Counted from the first letter of the stretch, positions 27,269-37,948 are shown. The stretch: 60,248 nucleotides of DNA from Candidatus Aenigmatarchaeota archaeon (GCA_021162085.1 JAGGZI010000040.1:1-60248); one strand, 5' to 3'. Numbers and translations: made by a program. Notes: generated from the sequence alone by a model not told the origin.

Positions 27269-28723
27269 ATGTGTGGGGTTATTGGGGTTTACGGTCTTGA
27301 CGATGTTGCCCCAGAAATTTACAAGTCACTAAAACTTTTAGTCCATAGGGGAAGGTCTGGCTCTGGGATGATAACTTATGATGATTTCAACATTCATCCC
27401 AGAAAGAGTGGTTCAACTCCAGATACACTGGATTGGAGGGGTTGTGAAGGAAGTATAGGCATAGGACATACAAGGTATTCAACAAGTGGAGGGGATAGTT
27501 TAGAAGAACTTAAAAGAAATGCGCAACCTGAATATGTTATAAATCCATTCGTTGCCGTTGCCCATAATGGAAACATATACAACTATAAGAGTGTGATTAG
27601 AAGAATTCTTGGAGACAAAAAGCCAAGGACTGATTGCGATGTTCAAGCGCTTCTTTTGTCCTTACACAAAGAGTTGAAGCAGTTTCCAAAAATAAATGAG
27701 GATAGTATTTTTGAATCTCTAAGAAATGTGACAAATGATTTAAATGGTTCATGGTCTTCTGCTTTACTCATAACCGATAAGGAGAGCAAGTATCTTGTTG
27801 GATTCACGGACCCTCATAAGGTAAGGCCACTTGTTGTTGGAAAAAAAGAAAAAAATGATGAAAGAGTATGGTACATAACCTCAGAGAATTCCGTCCTGAA
27901 GGGATTGGGTGTGGAGTACGTTATGGACGTCCCGCCGGGCAGCGCAGTTTTTGTTAATCCAGAGTGGGATAAGCCAAAGGTAAGAACTATTAAAAAAGAT
28001 AAGGCTTATCACTGCATGTTTGAATGGATTTATTTTGCCAATAGAAATTCTGAGATAGAAGGAGTCTCCGTCCATGATGTCAGATGTTGCCTCGGTAAGG
28101 AGTTAGCAAGGAAATATCCTGTCAGGGCGGATGGTGTTGTCCCCGTCCCCGAATCTGGAAGGGCCTATGCAACTGGCTATGCAAGAGAAAGTAAATTGCC
28201 TATAATAGAGGGTCTTCAAAAAAGGGAAAAAACAAGAACCTTCATGCTTCAAACACAGGAGGAGCGAGATAAGGAAGCATTAGAAAATATAATGGTCATA
28301 GAAGAGGCTGTTAAAGGAAAAAAGATAGTCCTTGTGGACGACAGTTTAATAAGGGGCACCAATATGAAGAATTATAACAAAAAGTTAAGGAGGGCTGGAG
28401 CAAAGGAAGTTCATGTGAGGATTGGATGCCCGCCACTTGTTAACCCATGTTATTTTGGAATAGATATGAGGACGAAGAAAGAATTCATAGCAAGAAGGGA
28501 TGATGAAATCAAGGGGTGGGATGAAATTGCAAAGGAGATTGGAGTAGATTCTTTGGCATATACGGATATGGATACTTTAAGAAAATGTATAATAGGTGAT
28601 AAAAACTTCGATATCTGTACGGGATGTCTCCATTTAGGATCGAATGGTTATCCACCTGATATGGGAAAGGATATTGGCAAACTGCTTCTCAATGATAAGG
28701 AGTCAAGAAGGGCATACGAGTAA
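27269..28723 (+). CDS. purF: Amidophosphoribosyltransferase (glutamine PRPP amidotransferase)
   Basis: The mature N-terminus must be MCGVIGVYG (Ntn Cys), which fixes the start at 27269. PRPP loop VLVDDSLIRGTN; C-terminal Cys residues. Confidence 0.9.
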   Translation: MCGVIGVYGLDDVAPEIYKSLKLLVHRGRSGSGMITYDDFNIHPRKSGSTPDTLDWRGCEGSIGIGHTRYSTSGGDSLEELKRNAQPEYVINPFVAVAHNGNIYNYKSVIRRILGDKKPRTDCDVQALLLSLHKELKQFPKINEDSIFESLRNVTNDLNGSWSSALLITDKESKYLVGFTDPHKVRPLVVGKKEKNDERVWYITSENSVLKGLGVEYVMDVPPGSAVFVNPEWDKPKVRTIKKDKAYHCMFEWIYFANRNSEIEGVSVHDVRCCLGKELARKYPVRADGVVPVPESGRAYATGYARESKLPIIEGLQKREKTRTFMLQTQEERDKEALENIMVIEEAVKGKKIVLVDDSLIRGTNMKNYNKKLRRAGAKEVHVRIGCPPLVNPCYFGIDMRTKKEFIARRDDEIKGWDEIAKEIGVDSLAYTDMDTLRKCIIGDKNFDICTGCLHLGSNGYPPDMGKDIGKLLLNDKESRRAYE

Positions 28724-30160
28724 TCAGTAACTCTTTGCAACGTAAACCATGTATTTGGCAGGCTTTCCGCAAACGAGGCATTTGCCCTTTGGGGTATTCT
28801 CATTTAGCTCTAATGGTATCGTTATTATCTTGGCAGAAGTTTCCTCCTTTATCTTTTCCTCACAGGATGATTCCCCACACCATGGCATCAATGCCCAATT
28901 ACCCCCAACAACTTCCTTCAATTCATCGTAGTTTTTAGGTTTCTTTATATGAGATTCCATAAAATTTTTGGCTCTCTCAAAAAGATTGTTTTGGATGGAT
29001 TCGAGGTTCTTTTCTATGGCTCCCAGCAATTCCTTCATTTTAACAGAAGTTTTTTCTCCACTATCCCTCCTGACAAGGATAACCTGGTTCTTTTCAATGT
29101 CTTTTGGTCCGATTTCTATTCTCAGCGGCACTCCCTTTAACTCCCATTCGTTGAATTTGAAACCTGGTGTGTATTCGTCTCTATCATCTAAATGAACCAT
29201 GAATTTTTTATTTAGAAGTTCAAGAATTTTTTTGGATTCTTTTAAGACCTTTTCTTTATTCTCATCTTTGTATATTGGTACTATAACCACTTCTATTGGC
29301 GCTATTTTTGGGGGTATTATGAGCCCTCTGTCATCTCCATGAGTTGCAAACATTATCCCAAGCTGGCGTGTTGTGAATCCCCATGAATTCTGCCAGACAT
29401 ATTTTTCATTTTCATCCTTGTCCAGGAATTTTATATCAAATGCCTTTGAAAAGTTTTGTCCGAGATGATGTGAGTCCGGTCCCTGTATCGCCTTTCCATT
29501 TGGCATCATGTGCTCCAATGTAAGTGTGTACTCGCCACCGGCAAACTTTTCACTTTCTGTTTTCCTTCCTACCACAGACGGTATTGCAAGGTATTTCTCA
29601 TTAATTTCCCTGTAGATGTTTAATATCTTCATGACTTCGTTCTCCGCATCTTCTTTCTTTGCATGGGCGGTATGACCCTCCTGCCATAGGAATTCTCTTG
29701 TCCTAAGAAACATGACAGGATTTTTAAATTCCCATCTGACGATGTTCACCCATTGATTTATTTTCAATGGTAGATCTCTCCATGATCTTATCCATTTTGA
29801 AAACGATTCGTACATTATTGTTTCAGATGTTGGCCTTACTGCTAGGGGTTCGTCCAGTTCTGTGGAACCACCCCTTGTTACCCATGCAACTTCTGGAGAG
29901 AATCCTTCTACATGTTCTTCTTCTTTTTTCAGCAGTCTCATTGGTATTAAGAGAGGGAAATATGCATTTTTCACACCAAGGTCTTTGAGCCTCTCGTTAA
30001 GTAGTGCCTGTATTTTTTCCCACATTGAATATGCATAAGGCTTTATAACTATACATCCAGATACCGAGGAATAATCTGCAAGACCTGATTTTTTAATGAG
30101 TTCTATGTACCATTCGTTGAAATTATTCTTTTTAGTTGTCATTCCAAGCTCTTCGCTCAT
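28724..30160 (-). CDS. proS: Prolyl-tRNA synthetase, archaeal/eukaryal type
   Basis: NFNEWYIELIKKSGLADY..., class II motifs (FRTREFLWQEGHT, GGEYTLTLEHMMPNGKAIQ), C-terminal Zn-type CLVCGKPA. MSEEL start (30160) preferred, because it leaves a promoter-sized spacer before divergent mre11. Confidence 0.88.
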   Translation of the reverse strand: MSEELGMTTKKNNFNEWYIELIKKSGLADYSSVSGCIVIKPYAYSMWEKIQALLNERLKDLGVKNAYFPLLIPMRLLKKEEEHVEGFSPEVAWVTRGGSTELDEPLAVRPTSETIMYESFSKWIRSWRDLPLKINQWVNIVRWEFKNPVMFLRTREFLWQEGHTAHAKKEDAENEVMKILNIYREINEKYLAIPSVVGRKTESEKFAGGEYTLTLEHMMPNGKAIQGPDSHHLGQNFSKAFDIKFLDKDENEKYVWQNSWGFTTRQLGIMFATHGDDRGLIIPPKIAPIEVVIVPIYKDENKEKVLKESKKILELLNKKFMVHLDDRDEYTPGFKFNEWELKGVPLRIEIGPKDIEKNQVILVRRDSGEKTSVKMKELLGAIEKNLESIQNNLFERAKNFMESHIKKPKNYDELKEVVGGNWALMPWCGESSCEEKIKEETSAKIITIPLELNENTPKGKCLVCGKPAKYMVYVAKSY

Positions 30161-30259
30161 GAAATCACTATTATTTTTAATGTTTTTATTTTTATAAAGA
30201 TTTGAAGCAATATAATTTTTTATTCTTGCATTACCCATATTAGAGAGTGGGTGTGCGAG

Positions 30260-31462
30260 ATGAGTGTCAAGATTGCCATAATATCAGATTTACACCTTGG
30301 TATAGGGAGGAACACCGAGAGGTCAGAGGACTGCTGGGATGCTGCAAGAGAGGCATTTGAGAAGGCAAAGGATTGCGACCTAATACTTCTTCCAGGGGAT
30401 ATATTCGATGGGAGGATACCGCGCCCCGAGGATTGGGCAAAATGCATGGGCATATTGTCCAATGTAAAAGTTCCCATAGTTGCCATACATGGAAATCATG
30501 AGAGAAGAGGAAAAGGATTGATAAATCCAGTTGAGGGACTGGAGCATGCCAAATTCTTGAAATACCTTCATTGTAAATCAAAGGTCTTTGACATAAAGGG
30601 AAGAAAAATATCAGTGTTTGGAATGGGATGGGTTCCTGAAGCTTATGCAAAGGAAGTCCTACATAATTGTAATCCTCAACCAGTTGAGGGAGCATACAAT
30701 ATATTCGTGTTGCATCAATCCGTTAGTCCTTATGTTTTTAATTCCATTGAGCCACCGTCCCTGACTCTTGAAGACCTTCCAAAGGGATTTGACCTTTACG
30801 TGTGTGGTCACATACATTGGAATGTAATGGATAAGACACATGGAAAGCCATTCCTAATTCCTGGTTCAACCGTGACAACTCAGGTTAACAAGTCAGAGGC
30901 AAAGAATCCAAAGGGATTTTACATAGTTGAATTGGATGATGATGTGAAGATTAATTTCATAAAACTTGACAGCGCAAGAAAAGTGTACTACAAAGAATTC
31001 AAGGTTGACAACAACAAAAAAATATCCGATATAACTGAGGAGATAGAAGAATATCTGAATGGTATAAATGAGGATAAGAAACCACTCGTTAGAGTTGTTG
31101 TTAGGGGGAGTATCGGTAAGGGATCTAATCTTGACCTGAGATATCTAAAGGACAAATACAGGGATAAGATGATTCTTTCGGTAGGCGTAAGGGTTTCAGA
31201 GGAAGAGCTTGAAAAGAAGATAAAACTACTCAGGGATGTTATGGATGAAAGAGTCAGTATAATGGACATAGGGATGAGAATTCTCAGAGAGAACATGAAT
31301 GAGATGAAGTCATCATTTGACTTTGAAGAGATTTTTGAATTCCTTGTTGATGGTAATGTTGATGGTGCAATGGCACAACTTCTTTCAAATCTTGACGAGT
31401 TTGTTAACAAGAGTAAGAATCCTTCGGTGGATATGTCAGGTCTTCAAAGGTGGGTATCTTGA
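30260..31462 (+). CDS. mre11: DNA double-strand break repair nuclease Mre11
   Basis: IAIISDLHLG, LLPGDIFD, AIHGNHE, VLHQ and CGHIH phosphoesterase motifs. TTGA/GTG overlap with the rad50 start. Confidence 0.9.
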   Translation: MSVKIAIISDLHLGIGRNTERSEDCWDAAREAFEKAKDCDLILLPGDIFDGRIPRPEDWAKCMGILSNVKVPIVAIHGNHERRGKGLINPVEGLEHAKFLKYLHCKSKVFDIKGRKISVFGMGWVPEAYAKEVLHNCNPQPVEGAYNIFVLHQSVSPYVFNSIEPPSLTLEDLPKGFDLYVCGHIHWNVMDKTHGKPFLIPGSTVTTQVNKSEAKNPKGFYIVELDDDVKINFIKLDSARKVYYKEFKVDNNKKISDITEEIEEYLNGINEDKKPLVRVVVRGSIGKGSNLDLRYLKDKYRDKMILSVGVRVSEEELEKKIKLLRDVMDERVSIMDIGMRILRENMNEMKSSFDFEEIFEFLVDGNVDGAMAQLLSNLDEFVNKSKNPSVDMSGLQRWVS

Positions 31463-33480
31463 TAACGTCAGTTGTTTTGAGAGGTTGGAGGAGTCATAGA
31501 GAGTCAAAGTTTAAGTTCTCCGAGGGAACGAATGTTCTCATAGGAGTTATGGGGGCAGGAAAGAGCAGCCTACTTGATGCAATATCCTTTGCGCTCTTTG
31601 GGACGTTTCCGGCACTCAACTCAAGAAAGCTCACTCTTGAGGACATAATAATGAACAGGCCAAAAAAAGAGAACGTTGCCGAAGTTGAAGTTTCCTTTCA
31701 GATAAATGGCGATACATACACTGTCTTTAGAAGAATAGAGAGAGGTAAGGGTACCACAAAGTCAGAGATAAGGAAGAACGGAGAACTATTGGATTCTGGC
31801 ACAACAAAGACAACTGACATGGTTGAGAGGATTTTAAAAATAAACTACGACCTTTACTCAAGGGCAGTTTACTCCGAACAAAATGGGCTTGATTACTTCT
31901 TGACCGTACCGAAGGGCCAAAGAATGAAAAAGATGGATGACCTTCTCCAGATAGACAAATTCGAGAAGGCTCGTTCTTCTACAACATCATTGATAAATAG
32001 AATAAGGGAAAGTGTGTCGGATAAGTCAAGGATTGTAAGTGAGATGGAAGGAAGAGAGGATTTCGGAAGAGCGGACAGTATAAAGAAGGAGATAGAAGAA
32101 ATAAGAAAAGAACAAGGTGAGTTGAAGAAAACTCTCGAAGAAGTGGAGAAAGAAAGAGAGAAGATTGAGAACGAGTTAAAGAAGTTTGAGAACAAGAGGA
32201 AACTACTTGATGATTTAAAGAAGAAGAAGAACATTCTTTCAGGAATGATTAGAAGTTTGTCTGGTGAATTGGAGTCTTATAAGGACGTGGGAACTGTAAG
32301 TGACATAGAGATTAAAATAAAGGAGATAAATGAGACAATTAACTCCAAAAAAGAAGAGTTATCATCATTGGAAGATGAGATGAAGGAGCTGACTGAAGAG
32401 ATGCAGAAGATAAAGGTATCTATAGAAGACCTTACCAACAGGATAGATAACCTTAGGACAGCGGAGGGCAAGTGCCCTGTTTGTGGTAGTCCTCTCACAA
32501 AGGAGCATAAGGAAAAACTCATAACTGAGAGAAAGAATAAGATTTCTGATTACGAAGTAAAATTAAGTAGAATTGAGGAGGATGTGAGCGCTCTGGAGAA
32601 GAAAATAGATGAAGTCAAGAATGAAATAGAGAGCTATAGAGACAAAAAGTTGGAATTTGAGAGAATGAGAGAGAAAATAAAGGATGCTGAGGAAAAAAAG
32701 AAAAAACTAAACGAGTACAAAAAAGAAGAACTTGAGATTGGTGAAAAAATATCCCGGGAGATGGAAGGTTTCAACGAGGATGTAGTTAATGGTCTTCAAG
32801 AAAAACTTAGAGAGGTTTTAGGTAAGATCACAGAAGTAAGGGTGAGAAGTGAATCCAATGAGAAATTTTTAAAGGACAAAGAGGGACAGCTTCTTGAACT
32901 TGAGGAAAAAAAGAAGATGTTTAAGAAGTACAAAGAACAGATAGGTAAGATGAAAGTCCTTATAGAAGAACTCAAGAAGTTTGAAAAAGCACTGAAGGAG
33001 ACCCAGATAACATTAAGGTCGGAGTTTGTGGAGGCAGTGAATGCAACCATGGATAGGATATGGGAGTATCTTTATCCATACGACGATTACACCAGCATAA
33101 GGCTTTCAATTCAAAAAGGGGACTATGTTTTGGAGCTCAGGGAATCTGGTGGTACATGGGTCTCAGTTGATGGAATTGCTTCAGGTGGAGAGAGGACAAC
33201 CGTATGTCTTGCGTTGAGAATTGCCTTTGCTTTGGTTCTGGCTCCATCACTGAAATGGCTGGTCCTGGACGAACCTACTCACAATCTTGATTCTCAAGCT
33301 GTTGACTATCTTGCAACGGTTCTCAGGGAGAAAATCTCCGAGTTCATAGAACAGGTTTTCCTTATAACTCATGACGAAAAATTGGAGAATGCGGTGACTG
33401 GTTATTTGTACAGGTTGGAGAGAAAGAAGGAAAAAAACGAACCAACCAAGGTTGTTCTTCTAGCAAGTCCAAAGGACTAA
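31450..33480 (+). CDS. rad50: DNA double-strand break repair ATPase Rad50 (short coiled coil)
   Basis: Walker A GVMGAGKSSLLDAISFALFG, zinc hook CPVCGSPL in the middle of the coiled coil, signature SGGERTTVCLALRIAFA, Walker B WLVLDEPTHNLD. Start is GTG 31450 or TTG 31459. Confidence 0.9.
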   Translation: MGILITSVVLRGWRSHRESKFKFSEGTNVLIGVMGAGKSSLLDAISFALFGTFPALNSRKLTLEDIIMNRPKKENVAEVEVSFQINGDTYTVFRRIERGKGTTKSEIRKNGELLDSGTTKTTDMVERILKINYDLYSRAVYSEQNGLDYFLTVPKGQRMKKMDDLLQIDKFEKARSSTTSLINRIRESVSDKSRIVSEMEGREDFGRADSIKKEIEEIRKEQGELKKTLEEVEKEREKIENELKKFENKRKLLDDLKKKKNILSGMIRSLSGELESYKDVGTVSDIEIKIKEINETINSKKEELSSLEDEMKELTEEMQKIKVSIEDLTNRIDNLRTAEGKCPVCGSPLTKEHKEKLITERKNKISDYEVKLSRIEEDVSALEKKIDEVKNEIESYRDKKLEFERMREKIKDAEEKKKKLNEYKKEELEIGEKISREMEGFNEDVVNGLQEKLREVLGKITEVRVRSESNEKFLKDKEGQLLELEEKKKMFKKYKEQIGKMKVLIEELKKFEKALKETQITLRSEFVEAVNATMDRIWEYLYPYDDYTSIRLSIQKGDYVLELRESGGTWVSVDGIASGGERTTVCLALRIAFALVLAPSLKWLVLDEPTHNLDSQAVDYLATVLREKISEFIEQVFLITHDEKLENAVTGYLYRLERKKEKNEPTKVVLLASPKD

Positions 33481-33935
33481 GCGTACGCTATCGATTCTTT
33501 GCCTTTCTTCTTCATTTCTTTAATTTTTTTACTTGCTTTTCTCTTATATTTAAGAAACATATTCTCTAGACTCAGATATGATGAACGTGCTATTGGATCA
33601 ATCTTTTTCATAACAACATTTCCTATTTCACCTAGTCCTGATCCATATTTTTTAGTAAATTCCCCATATTTTTTCTCTATCACATCAGGATTTCTTTCAT
33701 AGTCAAGAATGACTATTCCCGAGTCTCTACTCTCAATTTTTGCAATATTATCTCGATATTCAACTAGAATGTTGTGCAAATTATCTGAGATATTTTTGGC
33801 TTCTTCCCTTCCAAAAGGCTTTTCAAGGGCTTTTCTTAAGCCTTCCTGACCCTTTGTTCCTTTTTCTATTTCTATTATTGATAAGTTAGCAAAGTTAATT
33901 GTTTCTTTTGCAAACTCTTCAAAAATGTCATTCAT
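33477..33935 (-). CDS. Hypothetical protein (152 aa)
   Basis: Compact ORF. Its stop overlaps the rad50 stop by 4 nt on the opposite strand. No family recognised. Confidence 0.4.
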   Translation of the reverse strand: MNDIFEEFAKETINFANLSIIEIEKGTKGQEGLRKALEKPFGREEAKNISDNLHNILVEYRDNIAKIESRDSGIVILDYERNPDVIEKKYGEFTKKYGSGLGEIGNVVMKKIDPIARSSYLSLENMFLKYKRKASKKIKEMKKKGKESIAYA

Positions 33936-33957
33936 TCACACACCCACAATAAATATT

Positions 33958-34383
33958 TTAAAGCTCTTTACTCTCTCTTGGAGGGTTTATCTCATTCTTA
34001 TACATCTCTATTATTTCCTTTCCTACAAACCCATTTTCTTTGATGCCTATTTTATCAATTTCTTCTGAGTCTTCTTTGCTAAGATATCTTATAACACCTC
34101 TTTTGTCTCTATATAAATAGGCACCCTCTATTAAGCTGAGCATTATTTCTTCCGGCACATATCCAATAACATCCTTAAATACCTCTTTTTGATTGTCTGT
34201 GAAGTTTTCTATTGGAACTGTTTCACCCTCATATCCCATTCTAGGGCTAAGTCCTGTTACTTCTTCCTCTCCAGTTTTTACATTAAAGTAGACGGAGCCA
34301 ATTAAATTTCCTTTATTATCTCTTATCTCTTCTGTTACTTCTCCATTTTTTAGTAGTTCAGCAATTTTTTTAATTACTACCAC
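33958..34383 (-). CDS. Hypothetical protein (141 aa)
   Basis: GTG start preceded by GGAGGGGGAGG, with a TATA-like AAGATATAAATA further upstream. No family recognised. Confidence 0.4.
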   Translation of the reverse strand: MVVIKKIAELLKNGEVTEEIRDNKGNLIGSVYFNVKTGEEEVTGLSPRMGYEGETVPIENFTDNQKEVFKDVIGYVPEEIMLSLIEGAYLYRDKRGVIRYLSKEDSEEIDKIGIKENGFVGKEIIEMYKNEINPPRESKEL

Positions 34384-34482
34384 ATTCCTCCCCCTCCTAC
34401 ACTATTTAGTTATTATTATTAAGTGATACTTGTATTTATATCTTACGGTGGTACATTATTCTTAGAATTTATATGGAGCAAT

Positions 34483-36033
34483 TTACAAAAAAGCCTTTGA
34501 GTCCTTCATCTTTTGTTGCCTTTCTTCAAAACTCTTCTTCCACCTTTTCAGTAGTGAGGTCTCCGCTGATTTAACACTTACCTCCTTCTTTATGCTCACA
34601 AGCACGGGTGCGTTGAACAGCTTCAGTGCAGTTGATTTCACGAGGGCGCGCCCCCTTGGAAGAAATCTGGCACTTTCTGCATACCTTGGACCAACTATGT
34701 CTGCAAGCCTTTTGAAGTCCACGTCCTCACATGAATGAGCTATCAGGTTCTGTCCAGTCTGGGTTGAAAGTGTTTTGTCAAGTTTTGCCAGTCTTTGAGT
34801 TGTCAACCACAGGGACATCCCATTCCTTGGTCCTGTTGTTGCTATTCTACTCTTAAGAAGTTTTGTTAATTCCTTGTGGGTTCCTGGGTCTCCTATTTGG
34901 TCTTCCTGAAACTGTGGAGCAAGAAGATGAGCCTCATCTATTATTGCAACAACTCCGAAGTCCTTGTTCTTCACGGCTTCGTTGAAGCAACTCTCCAAGG
35001 CAACAAGGGATGCATACAAGAAGTTATCGAAGTCAGGGCTCGTAGAGCCATCTATATGGACTATTGTATTCCTTTTGACAAGATCTGGAATGTTCAACCC
35101 ATAGGATGCCATTTCCTGTGATACAACCTTATTTTCAAATTGGTCCCACATTGAGAGTATTTTTTCTTTAATTTCTTCATTCATGGAGTACTTCGATATA
35201 ATTTCTCTGAAATTCTTCATGGTCAGTGGAACATCATCCTTTTGTGCAGAGGTTGCGCAACCATAAATTGTTTTTATTATACTTGAGTTCGGACCAATCC
35301 CAAATATATTCTCAAATTTTTTCTTAAACGAGTCTGGAGTGTAGGATGTTTTCCTGACAAATCCAGATTTTCTATCACAGGTAACTTGGGTGTATCCTTC
35401 TTTCTCGTTTGCCAGGTTTATTACGTCTTCGCTTCCAAGTTCACCATCCGGGTCTATGAGAAGTATTTTTGGATTCAGCCCATCTATTTTTAAAAGATTG
35501 TACAATAAACTCCCTAGGGTTGTTGTCTTACCGGTCCCTATGCCACCAGTGATGAGCAACCCCTGTCTGAGTATTCTCTCAAGGTCGAGGTATATCTCTA
35601 TATCTTCCTTAGGATACCTCTTGCCTATTTTCAATTTGTACTCTGCCTTTGGGAGTAATATCTCTTTTATTTTTTCTTCGGATGGCAAAAAGACAGGAGA
35701 CATTGGAGGTATGGCATCAAGGTATGGTTGTAAATTTCCGTTTTCATCAAAGAAACCTATCTGTGATGCAATTATACCTTTTCTCATCTTATCCTCATCA
35801 AACGTTGTGTCTCTTAGCCCCTTTTGTATGGCTTCTTTTTCATATCCAAAACTATCGTATTCGTATAGGGGACTTAGAACCTGAAACAGTATCTCTTTTT
35901 CTTCAACCTTAACTATTATGAAGTCGGTTCTCTTTGGACCTTCCACACCATCAAGCAATGTGACAAAAACTTTATCAGGGTCATAGATACCCTCTATGTT
36001 GAATACATATCCTATCTCATTCAATTTTCTCAC
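34483..36033 (-). CDS. herA: HerA-type DNA translocase/helicase ATPase
   Basis: N-terminal beta-barrel-like region, Walker A LITGGIGTGKTTTL, Walker B VAIIDEAHLLAP. Translationally coupled to nurA (17-nt overlap). Confidence 0.85.
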   Translation of the reverse strand: MRKLNEIGYVFNIEGIYDPDKVFVTLLDGVEGPKRTDFIIVKVEEKEILFQVLSPLYEYDSFGYEKEAIQKGLRDTTFDEDKMRKGIIASQIGFFDENGNLQPYLDAIPPMSPVFLPSEEKIKEILLPKAEYKLKIGKRYPKEDIEIYLDLERILRQGLLITGGIGTGKTTTLGSLLYNLLKIDGLNPKILLIDPDGELGSEDVINLANEKEGYTQVTCDRKSGFVRKTSYTPDSFKKKFENIFGIGPNSSIIKTIYGCATSAQKDDVPLTMKNFREIISKYSMNEEIKEKILSMWDQFENKVVSQEMASYGLNIPDLVKRNTIVHIDGSTSPDFDNFLYASLVALESCFNEAVKNKDFGVVAIIDEAHLLAPQFQEDQIGDPGTHKELTKLLKSRIATTGPRNGMSLWLTTQRLAKLDKTLSTQTGQNLIAHSCEDVDFKRLADIVGPRYAESARFLPRGRALVKSTALKLFNAPVLVSIKKEVSVKSAETSLLKRWKKSFEERQQKMKDSKAFL

Positions 36034-37036
36034 CCCATGTTAGTTTATATATGTATCTTAGTTTAGGTGGGACCCTCCTCATAATTTCTTTATACAATTT
36101 CCTTGAAAGGATTTCTCCCATCTTAACCTCCTTGTCAACTCTGTCAAGCATATAAGGTATACCCTTGGTCAACGGACCTGAATTTTTAATTAACCAATTA
36201 AGCCAACATCTGTACTCCTTCAGCGCTACTTCATTGAAGTCTATTCTAAACAGCGGATATATGCTTTCCTTCTGCGTCTTGAAGTATGTGTAATAAAAAT
36301 TAGATGATATGTCCTTAAAAGATTTCGTCATGGGATTTTCTGGTGGATCTGGCGAGAATTCCCCCTTGTTCAGGAACATATCGAGAAATACAGGATCCCT
36401 TAATTCAGAGATTCTTTCTGGAAGGTTGTGTTTTCTTATGTAAAATTTTGATTGCGGCCTCTTCACAAATCCTATGACAGGGATGCCTTCTTTAACTGAT
36501 ACATCGTTCAGTTTTTTAACACTCTCAAGAAATGCCTCAAAAGATTTCAATTCACCATATCTTATGAATGCATCCCTTATTATCAGTGGACCATCAACAA
36601 CTATTACATCTGGTTTTCTCTTTATCTCTTTTATGGCCAGCTGAAATATGGCATTCTCCCTTATAAGCGATACAACGTCCCTGATTCTAAGGTATCCCTC
36701 CTTTTCTATGCCCTCTTTCTCTATGATTTCTGGTGTAGATTTAATGTAAGGTCCAATGAATTTTTTTCCTCCCCTCTCATTTATTGATAGCGCTGATATC
36801 ATGTAAAGGCTATCCGTTGCCAACGGAATTTCCTGACTGCCAGCATCTATGAACGTGAATTTCTTTGGTTCTTTACATGAAGCATTGGCAAGAGAACCGA
36901 TGTTTTTTGGTTTGAACTTATTAAAATCATATTTTTCAAGATTTTTTATTTTCTTGGAGAAATCCTCTAATTGATTCCGCAGGGATAATATTATGTCAAT
37001 ATTGGTCTTCATACTTCTGTCATTCTTCATCTCCAC
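36017..37036 (-). CDS. nurA: NurA 5'-3' nuclease
   Basis: FTFIDAGSQ and VIVVDGPLIIRD acidic motifs typical of NurA; position directly upstream of herA. Confidence 0.78.
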   Translation of the reverse strand: MEMKNDRSMKTNIDIILSLRNQLEDFSKKIKNLEKYDFNKFKPKNIGSLANASCKEPKKFTFIDAGSQEIPLATDSLYMISALSINERGGKKFIGPYIKSTPEIIEKEGIEKEGYLRIRDVVSLIRENAIFQLAIKEIKRKPDVIVVDGPLIIRDAFIRYGELKSFEAFLESVKKLNDVSVKEGIPVIGFVKRPQSKFYIRKHNLPERISELRDPVFLDMFLNKGEFSPDPPENPMTKSFKDISSNFYYTYFKTQKESIYPLFRIDFNEVALKEYRCWLNWLIKNSGPLTKGIPYMLDRVDKEVKMGEILSRKLYKEIMRRVPPKLRYIYKLTWGEKIE

Positions 37037-37078
37037 ACCCTTCTAATTATTTATCCTTTCATTCATAAAAACATTTTC

Positions 37079-37849
37079 ATGAATATAAAGTTCATTACAG
37101 ATGAGGCGGCTCTTTTTTTGAACGACAGAATACTTGTAGTTGGCGATCTCCACATAGGTATAGAGTATGAGTTGTATCGTTCTGGTTTTTCTCTACCATC
37201 CTTGATTGGTAAGATGGAGAAAAAAATTTTAGGTCTTGTGAGAAGGAATCGTGCCAAAATTTTGGTCCTGCTTGGGGATGTGAAGCATAACGTTCCTCAG
37301 ATAAGCATACAGGAGGAGAGGGAGATACCAAAGTTTCTGGAGAATCTATCAAAAAGGGTTGAAGTTCATATAGTTCCGGGAAACCATGATGGAAAAATAA
37401 AAAGGTTGTCTCCTAAAGGTGTTGTAGTTCATCCTATCTCTGGTTTTATGATGGATGGTTTTTATTTTAATCATGGACATAGTTGGCCTGGAAAGACTTT
37501 CCCCGATGCAGAAGTGCTTGTGATGGCGCATTCCCATCCAGCCGTTGAGTTCAGGGATGCCCTTGGCTACAGATATGTGGAACCATGCTGGCTGATATGT
37601 AATCTAAACAAGAAGAAACTGAAGGAAAAATACAAGAAAAACGTTCGAACAAGATATGCGATAATAATTCCATCTTTCAACCCTTTGATTTCAGGAATGC
37701 CTGTTAACAGGGAGCCTGAAGAGCCATTCATAGGACCGCTTATGCGTTCTGGAATAATAAGCATGAAGAATTCAGATGTTTACCTCCTCGATGGAACGCA
37801 CTTAGGGAAAGTTAAAGAGGTTTCAAACAGACCTAATTACTTAAAATAA
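37079..37849 (+). CDS. SbcD/Mre11-related metallophosphoesterase (MJ0037-like)
   Basis: VVGDLHIG, LLGDVKHN, VPGNHDG, NHGHSWP and MAHSHP motifs. Divergent from nurA. Confidence 0.72.
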   Translation: MNIKFITDEAALFLNDRILVVGDLHIGIEYELYRSGFSLPSLIGKMEKKILGLVRRNRAKILVLLGDVKHNVPQISIQEEREIPKFLENLSKRVEVHIVPGNHDGKIKRLSPKGVVVHPISGFMMDGFYFNHGHSWPGKTFPDAEVLVMAHSHPAVEFRDALGYRYVEPCWLICNLNKKKLKEKYKKNVRTRYAIIIPSFNPLISGMPVNREPEEPFIGPLMRSGIISMKNSDVYLLDGTHLGKVKEVSNRPNYLK

Positions 37850-37948
37850 TAATGAGTACATAAATTAATTTTACCATTTCAAAGTATATAAGATTAATCT
37901 GTTTCCAATTAGAAACAATTTAAAAATAAAAAAGAAAGGAAATGAATT

